The notes under the pieces were generated by a model. That model saw only the letters and a list, made by a program, of their open reading frames with translations. It was not told the DNA's origin and did not search any database. Position numbers and translations under genes: made by a program. A stretch of DNA of 63,910 nt, the filler included. It is 4 parts of 4 records of this genome, joined end to end, with 100 filler letters (N's around TTAATTAATTAA, not from the genome) between each part and the next. Parts side by side here need not be neighbours in the genome. Positions count along the whole stretch, not along the records: positions 58,184 to 63,910 come from DRR378314_328; 3 more parts are not named here. One strand, 5' to 3'. Positions within the stretch are counted from its first letter, which is position 1. The number at the start of each line of letters is the position of its first letter. Shown piece by piece: positions 58,184-63,910 of the stretch.

Positions 58184-59939
58184 ATAAGAGACGCCTCTGC
58201 GCCTTTCCAGGCGGCGTCGCTACCGACACAGTGCACCAGGGCCGCCCATGCGCTCTCGAGCATAGCGATGCCGTCCTCCTGGCCTGATGCGCCGTCTGGC
58301 ACTGGAAAGGCCGCCGGATCCGTGACTTCGCAGGCAACGTCCAGCCCGGCGAATATGGATTCGACAGCCTCTCTCGCGTCGTTACCCTTGGAAAGCGATG
58401 ATTGCGACACGGCACCGCACGCATCGCCGTCGTGGCGACCGCCTCCTTGCGCCGGTGACCGGCCGCTGCTCGCGTGCGCGTCGCCACCGCTCAACACCTG
58501 CGCAGTCGCACGTCCGCACGCGGACTGAATCGCCGGTGTGGCAAACATGCCGCAAAGCTCCGCCCGATCTGACGCACAGCGGATAGCGCGCAGAAGCCGT
58601 GCAAGACTGCGCGGAGAATTGCGACGCGCCAAGGCCGCTGCGCGCACAGCAGCGGCGATTGCATCGGGCGCTCGCCGCGCGAGCCACGCGCCCGCTCGCC
58701 GCGCTAGCGATTTGTCCCGCCGTAGCAGGATGTGCAACACCGCAAGATCGAGCGCCTGCCCCGCCACCGAATTCTCAGAGCGATCATCGAAAAGCCATAC
58801 ACTAGCATAGTCTAGGGCAGCACGGGCAGAAAGAACATCGGCGCGAGAGAGGATCGCGCACACCGCACTACTCGCCGCTTCGCGCGCCTGGGGCGTTGGC
58901 AGCGAGCCACCGGGCGCGCCAGCAGCAGGCCCAGCAAGCGTCGCCGCCCACGCCAAGGCAGCAGCTCCGACGTCGCCTCCGCGGCGTCCAACGATCGCGC
59001 AGTGTGCCGCAAGGACAGAGGCTGGAACACGAACGCACACAACAGCAAGCGCCCCTGCAGCTGCAGCTGCAAGATCGCCGTCTGCGTCATTCGCAGCAGG
59101 CACAAGCGCGGCTACGGCCCCGCGCGCGCACGCGGCGAGTGCGTCGCCGAGCACGCCGACGTGCGTGACGAGAAGATGGCACGCACGCCGCCGCACTTGC
59201 GTAGTGCCATGCGCGAACACCTGCAGTATCCCCGACACAAGAAGCTCGCCGCATCCAAATGAATCCAACTGCCCAACCAACGATGCGGGTGACACGCTCG
59301 ACACAACCGCGTCGTACGCGTCGAGCGCTTGCATGTGCACACCCGACGGATATACGACGTGCAGGCACTGCTCAAGCCAGCGCGCCAGCGCCACCTGCGC
59401 AACAGCAACAGCGCGATCCCACGCACAACGCATTCCCTTTAGCATGTGTGATTCTGCACATATATGCATATGATGCACAAAATCAAAAATGGGCAGACTA
59501 CACGCTCGGTAAACGACTGCGCGGCGCTGGCGAAACCGTGCTGTGCGCTTGGAGCCGGGGTAGTTTCCCTGTCGAGCACGACAGTCGAGCTGACGAGAAC
59601 ACGCTTATGGGAAGACCGCGCAAAGAACGAAACTCGCAAGTATACGGCACGCGAGAGCGAGGATTGGAAGATTTCGCCTCTACGCGGCGGGCATAAAATT
59701 TATAAAAAGAGTCAATGGGAAGACTCAATCGCAGATCGGCACAAAAGGCGCAACAGAAAGGCCACGACAGGTCCGGAAACGCACTCACAACATACCGGTT
59801 GCGGCAGAGCTGGCAGCGGAGCGTGCGCGCGCAGCGCCGACGACAGCCTCTGCAGGCACGTCACCAGGTCGGCCCACTCGCGCGCGCGTTCAAATGTGCC
59901 CAGCGCCACGATCACAGCAGCTGCCCCATGGTCTGGCAT
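58184..59939 (-). CDS. Dopey/DOP1 family protein, N-terminal domain (3' end runs off contig)
   Basis: Exon 59939-59796 ALGTFERAREWADLVTCLQRL; exon from 59394 LARWLEQCLHVVYPSGVHMQALDAY and LLRRDKSLARRAGAWL, matching Dopey_N motifs (EWADL, QCLxPxLPSGVH, LRRDxSLxRR). Confidence 0.8.
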
Positions 59940-60216
59940 ATTTGACACCGTATTGACCGTGCTGTCGTCCCGCTGGCATCCGCAAGAAATACTCCGCGCC
60001 ACAGTAAGCAAGCAAGAAAGTCACTTCGCGAGGCTTGCACTTCGCGGCACGTTGCAGGTAGCGCACAGCATCGTTTCGCAAGATAGGGGTACGGACATGC
60101 GCGGCCTGTTCCGCACGGAGAACCGTGCGTTTTGCTTGCAGGCTCGCGCACGACGCCGCACCGAGGTTTCCGCGGCGGTGGCAGAGGGCCTGTGGCCGCG
60201 AATCGTTCAAGCCGCA

Positions 60217-63200
60217 ATGCGGAGGCTCCGCAATGCGCAGTGGCACGTTTGGAGAACGCTGGCAACGCAGCGACCCGCACATATTCCAGTCCACCGCTAT
60301 CGATCACCCGCGAAACTCGAAGAGGTGCGTGTGCTCGCAACCGTCGCCGAGCTGGCGCACTTTCCCCAAGAGCACCTCTGTTGCTGACCGCGCCAGCGTC
60401 CGCGGTGTGCGTTTGTCCTTTGCTACTCTCAAAGCAAAAGGGAAGCATCATGTGGTTCCGTGGCTTTGGAAAGGATCTGTACCAACCTGTGTTTTCGATA
60501 CGTGCTGAATAAGAATGAATCGCGGATGGCTGTGCCGGCGAGTCCTTGCGTCGACTGTGGGCTAGACGACGCGCGCCGCGCTGTGTCTTGAGTTCCCACG
60601 GGCGAGCTCCAAGTGGCATGGAGCGGGCGCTGTCTACAGCCAACTTCACCTCTTTCCGTCTCGTCCTATCGGGAAAGCGTCCAACTGACCAATTTTTTCA
60701 CGGCTTTTTCGCTTCTCGTCGGTAATTTGTGCGCTCCTTTTTTGCGCCCTCTGCCACTGGTTTGTGCAGGCGCAAGACCGTGCTCTTCTTCGAAAGGTGA
60801 TCAAGAACGCGGCGCGCGCCTCCACGGAAGAAGTTGTGCAGAGCCTCCGCGCTGCGTCGCGTCTTGGCGTCGCGCCCGACGCCTTGCGCGCGGTATGGCT
60901 CGCGCAGCGTGGCGTATTCACGCGTGACAGATCATTATCGAATCTGTTTACATCGTTGATGGCACGTTCAGGCGATACGGAAATCTTGCACAGTACCGGA
61001 ACGGCTCCCGAGTATGTCGCAGAGGCTGTCATACGCAGCTGCACAAAGAGCGCCGACCTGGCTCGCACCATCGCCGGCGTGGCAGAGAAGGCACAGCGGG
61101 CGGCGCTTGCGCTTCAGGCAGAGGCACTGCAGCTTCTTACAAGAGAAGAAGCACGCGCTTTATATCAAGATATTGATAAGAGCATACGATCCGTCGCGAG
61201 ATTCCCGTGTGGGGTTCCTGCGGTTTCTGCTGTCCTGCGCACCTTCCGCCCATCCCTGGCGGAGAGCGAGGCGCTCCTGCGCACTCTCGCTTCCGAGGTA
61301 CGGGCGGTTGCGGCGCTTGCCCTGCTTGCCGATGGCGGCGATGTACAGCACGCGAGATCACAACTCGCCAGTGCAGCAGCAGCCGTTGCACGTTCGTTAC
61401 AATTTGCACCTCGAGGAAGCTGTATTCGCGCGGCTGCTGTGCTCTACGGAAGTGCGGCGGAGGCGCGCAGTGCGCAGCTAGTGCAAGCAATCGACGACGC
61501 GACGGGAAATCGGTCTGCCGGCGCACCACAGGCCTCTTTATCACAAGCTACCTCGTCAGCACATCTGCAAAGCATGTACGATAGTTCTACGTGGGAGGAA
61601 ACAACTGATCGAATACCATATGATTATATAGAGCGAATCAACGACGCTGGAAATTGGCAAAGCTCGAAAAGCAGCGATATGCCGTCGTCAACCGGCGGCA
61701 GCATGCAGTCGCATTCTGCCGTGCTCCACCCGGCTCAGGCCGAAAGTCGCGCTGAGGCCGATCACGTAGCGCGCACCTCGTGTCAACGTGACGCACATAG
61801 TGCTCGTGACGAAATATTTACGGACGCAGCATTTGCTGCGAGGCTTCATGCACTGGATCGATGCGGCCGCGGTGCGGACGCGTTGGCGGCAGCGCTCGCA
61901 GCGGGCACTGCGCTGACAGCGCACGCTGCGTCCGCGGCGCTGCGCCACTGCGTCAGGTCCCGCAACACAGAAGCTGCCGCGCAGATAATTGCGACATTGT
62001 GTTCAACAGGCAACCTTGACCGGTGTGCTGCCGAGGCAGCAGCACGCGTGGCGCATATTGCGCGCAGCTCCGACCTTGCCGCTGAGGTCGTCAGCGCGGT
62101 GGCGCAGCTCCGCATCGAGCCGACCGACCGGCTCGTGTCGGGGCTCGCCGGCGCCATCGCGCGAACAGCTTCTCCTGCGGCCGCCGCGACTCTTTTGCTT
62201 ACCGCTGCTCCAGAAAGTCCAATCAGCAAGTCTCTCCGTAGCATCTCCCGTAACCAACCGAGCTCTACACAGGCAGAGCTCAGCTCTCGCGTGTCGGATT
62301 CTCTTGTCGACGAGCTGGCGCGCCTGCTTTCTCGCGCACCCGGCTGTCTCGGCGCGCACACAGCAGCTGCTGTGCTCACGGCGGCCGTGGAGGACCGCCG
62401 CGCAGCAGCCGATGTGCGCCAGGCGCTCACCGAGCTCCGCCACGTCATCCCGATGACCCGGACGCTCTACCAGGTACGTGCACCCACGTCGCTGATCCGC
62501 ACGACTCCGACGGCGCGCACCTTGTAACTCGGGGTTTGGCCTGCCCTGTTGGCACCAACGCCCACGCTCTGCCGCGCGCCCAAGGCCGCGGTCGCGCCCG
62601 CTTGCCACCCGAGGAGATGGCGCGCGGGGAAAGCCGCGGCCCCGTCCCCGTTTGGGTGACAGCAAAGCCATCTCGATGTGGCGCAGAGCGTGATTCTTCC
62701 GGTCCAGCTCTCGTTTTAGCTTTCCATCGCCTTGCGTAGACATCCTCAAAGTAGACCAGCGGTATTTACTTGGTCCCATGTCGCGCGCGTGTAGAAAGTG
62801 ATGATTCCTGGTCGCTGCACTGGTTTTCTGCGTTGCTGCTGCGGCATCACCCTGAGCTAGGCACCCACTGACTCTCAAGGGTAACTTTGCCTTGTTTTGT
62901 ACCTGGTAACATAGCTTTATGGCGAACCATAGTTTGCATTATTTGGTTGTTGCTGCACTGTTCCGTATTGCGTTGCTCGCGCACATTCGCGAGCGACGTG
63001 GGAAATCTGATCGAATCCGGCGCTTTTTTTTGGGGGGGACACGTGCTCACGCAGTGACGCGGTGCCCGATACCCCGCTGCTCAGGTCCCAGCACCCGCGT
63101 ACACGCTCATATTCAGTTCCCTGTCGCATGCCGCATGCGACTAAACTATACTGCAGGTTGATATAGCGTCGCGAAGTGGGTATGGTACCGCTATCCCGGC

Positions 63201-63613
63201 CGTCGTCGCGCTGGAGGACATGGAAGAAGACGGGGCGTTTGTTACCGTGGCGTCCGTTAACGCCGCGCTCCAGGCCTGCGCTCGCTCCGGGGACGCAGAA
63301 CAGGCGGAGAAGCTGCTCGCTAAGATTGACGAGTCACCATTTCTTTCTGCGACCCCGCGCAGCATCATGCTTGCAGTGGATGCATGTGTGCGGGGGAAGT
63401 GTCCGCGTCGCGCCATCGCGATCTTCCGGCGCGCCGTGCCCGCAGCCGCAGATCCCGGCAGCCGCGCGTGGAGCCACGTGTTTGCTCTCGCAGTCCAAGC
63501 GTACATGCAAGTTGGGAATCCCGTCGAAGCGCGCGCGCTGGTGGAACGCCTCTTGCATTCAGGAGATGCGCAGCATGTGTTGCGATCGTCCTTACTAGCT
63601 GCCAGGGCTCTCG
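60217..63613 (+). CDS. Ala-rich pentatricopeptide-repeat (PPR)-like protein with probable organellar presequence (continues beyond window)
   Basis: Exons 60217-60324 (MRRLRNAQWHVWRTLATQR..., Arg-rich, almost no acidic residues), 60770-62473, 63157-63613; PPR-like VTVASVNAALQACARSGDAEQAEKLLAKI and SIMLAVDACVRGKCPRRAIAIF. Confidence 0.65.
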
Positions 63614-63910
63614 GTAAGTTGTCCGTTCACCGTAGTCCGCATATTACGGCGAAAGGCAGATCGTGTCTGTTTTGCCGGCCAGGCATGACCTTGAGAGCTC
63701 GTACCCACGTCGTTCTCCCCTCCTTCTGGCCGCTCATGACGAAATGCAAGCGCATTCGTCTCCCCCCTTCTACATTGATATTATAGCTGTACTCTCGTCT
63801 TCTGCCACCGTGTGGTAGAATGAAAATTTTCCATTTTGTGAAACCGTAGCAGCGATTCCACAAGAAGGGACTCGATCCTTCGCTCTCCGTATCACTGCGG
63901 CAGATGCGGT

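Noticed and set aside
58184-58192. ATAAGAGAC resembling a Tn5/Nextera mosaic-end remnant
   Set aside because: Only 9 nt match and the following bases diverge; at most a technical artefact
58184-59939. Functional clustering of Dopey (flippase partner) with the flippase-kinase-like gene
   Set aside because: They are on different contigs; contig order in the concatenation is arbitrary
1-63910. CRISPR arrays, transposases, integrases, phage genes, rRNA
   Set aside because: No regularly spaced direct repeats or recognisable motifs seen; only microsatellites and homopolymers

Overview
This window is not one genome. It is four contigs joined by an artificial N44-TTAATTAATTAA-N44 spacer (27623-27722, 39809-39908, 58084-58183). 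Contig 1 (1-27622) is gene-dense alphaproteobacterial chromosome, Rhodobacteraceae/Roseobacter-like by gene content. It carries nqrE-nqrF, a metallophosphoesterase, a CBS protein, apbE-nqrM, a sulfatase, gpmI-envC-ctpA, a DHA2 MFS, a degenerate ABC/cNMP fusion, a CPBP protease, accD-folC, zapE, an MFS, HAD, yaiI, sthA, fghA, an AEC transporter and TetR, and it ends inside a tRNA-Leu(TAG). Contigs 2-4 (27723-63910) are GC-rich eukaryotic DNA, probably from a protist, with GT-AG introns, so the ORF track is mostly uninformative there. Splicing by hand gave an AGC kinase of the DFD type fused to a coiled coil and a START lipid-binding domain, a convergent NPC1-N-terminal-domain-like single-pass membrane protein, TFIIE-beta, UBR7, a DUF1294 protein, a coiled-coil protein, Dopey/DOP1 and a PPR protein. 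The most novel-looking element is the kinase-START gene and its NPC1-NTD-like neighbour, a possible lipid/sterol-sensing module. All family calls come from motif recognition by eye; no database search was run.
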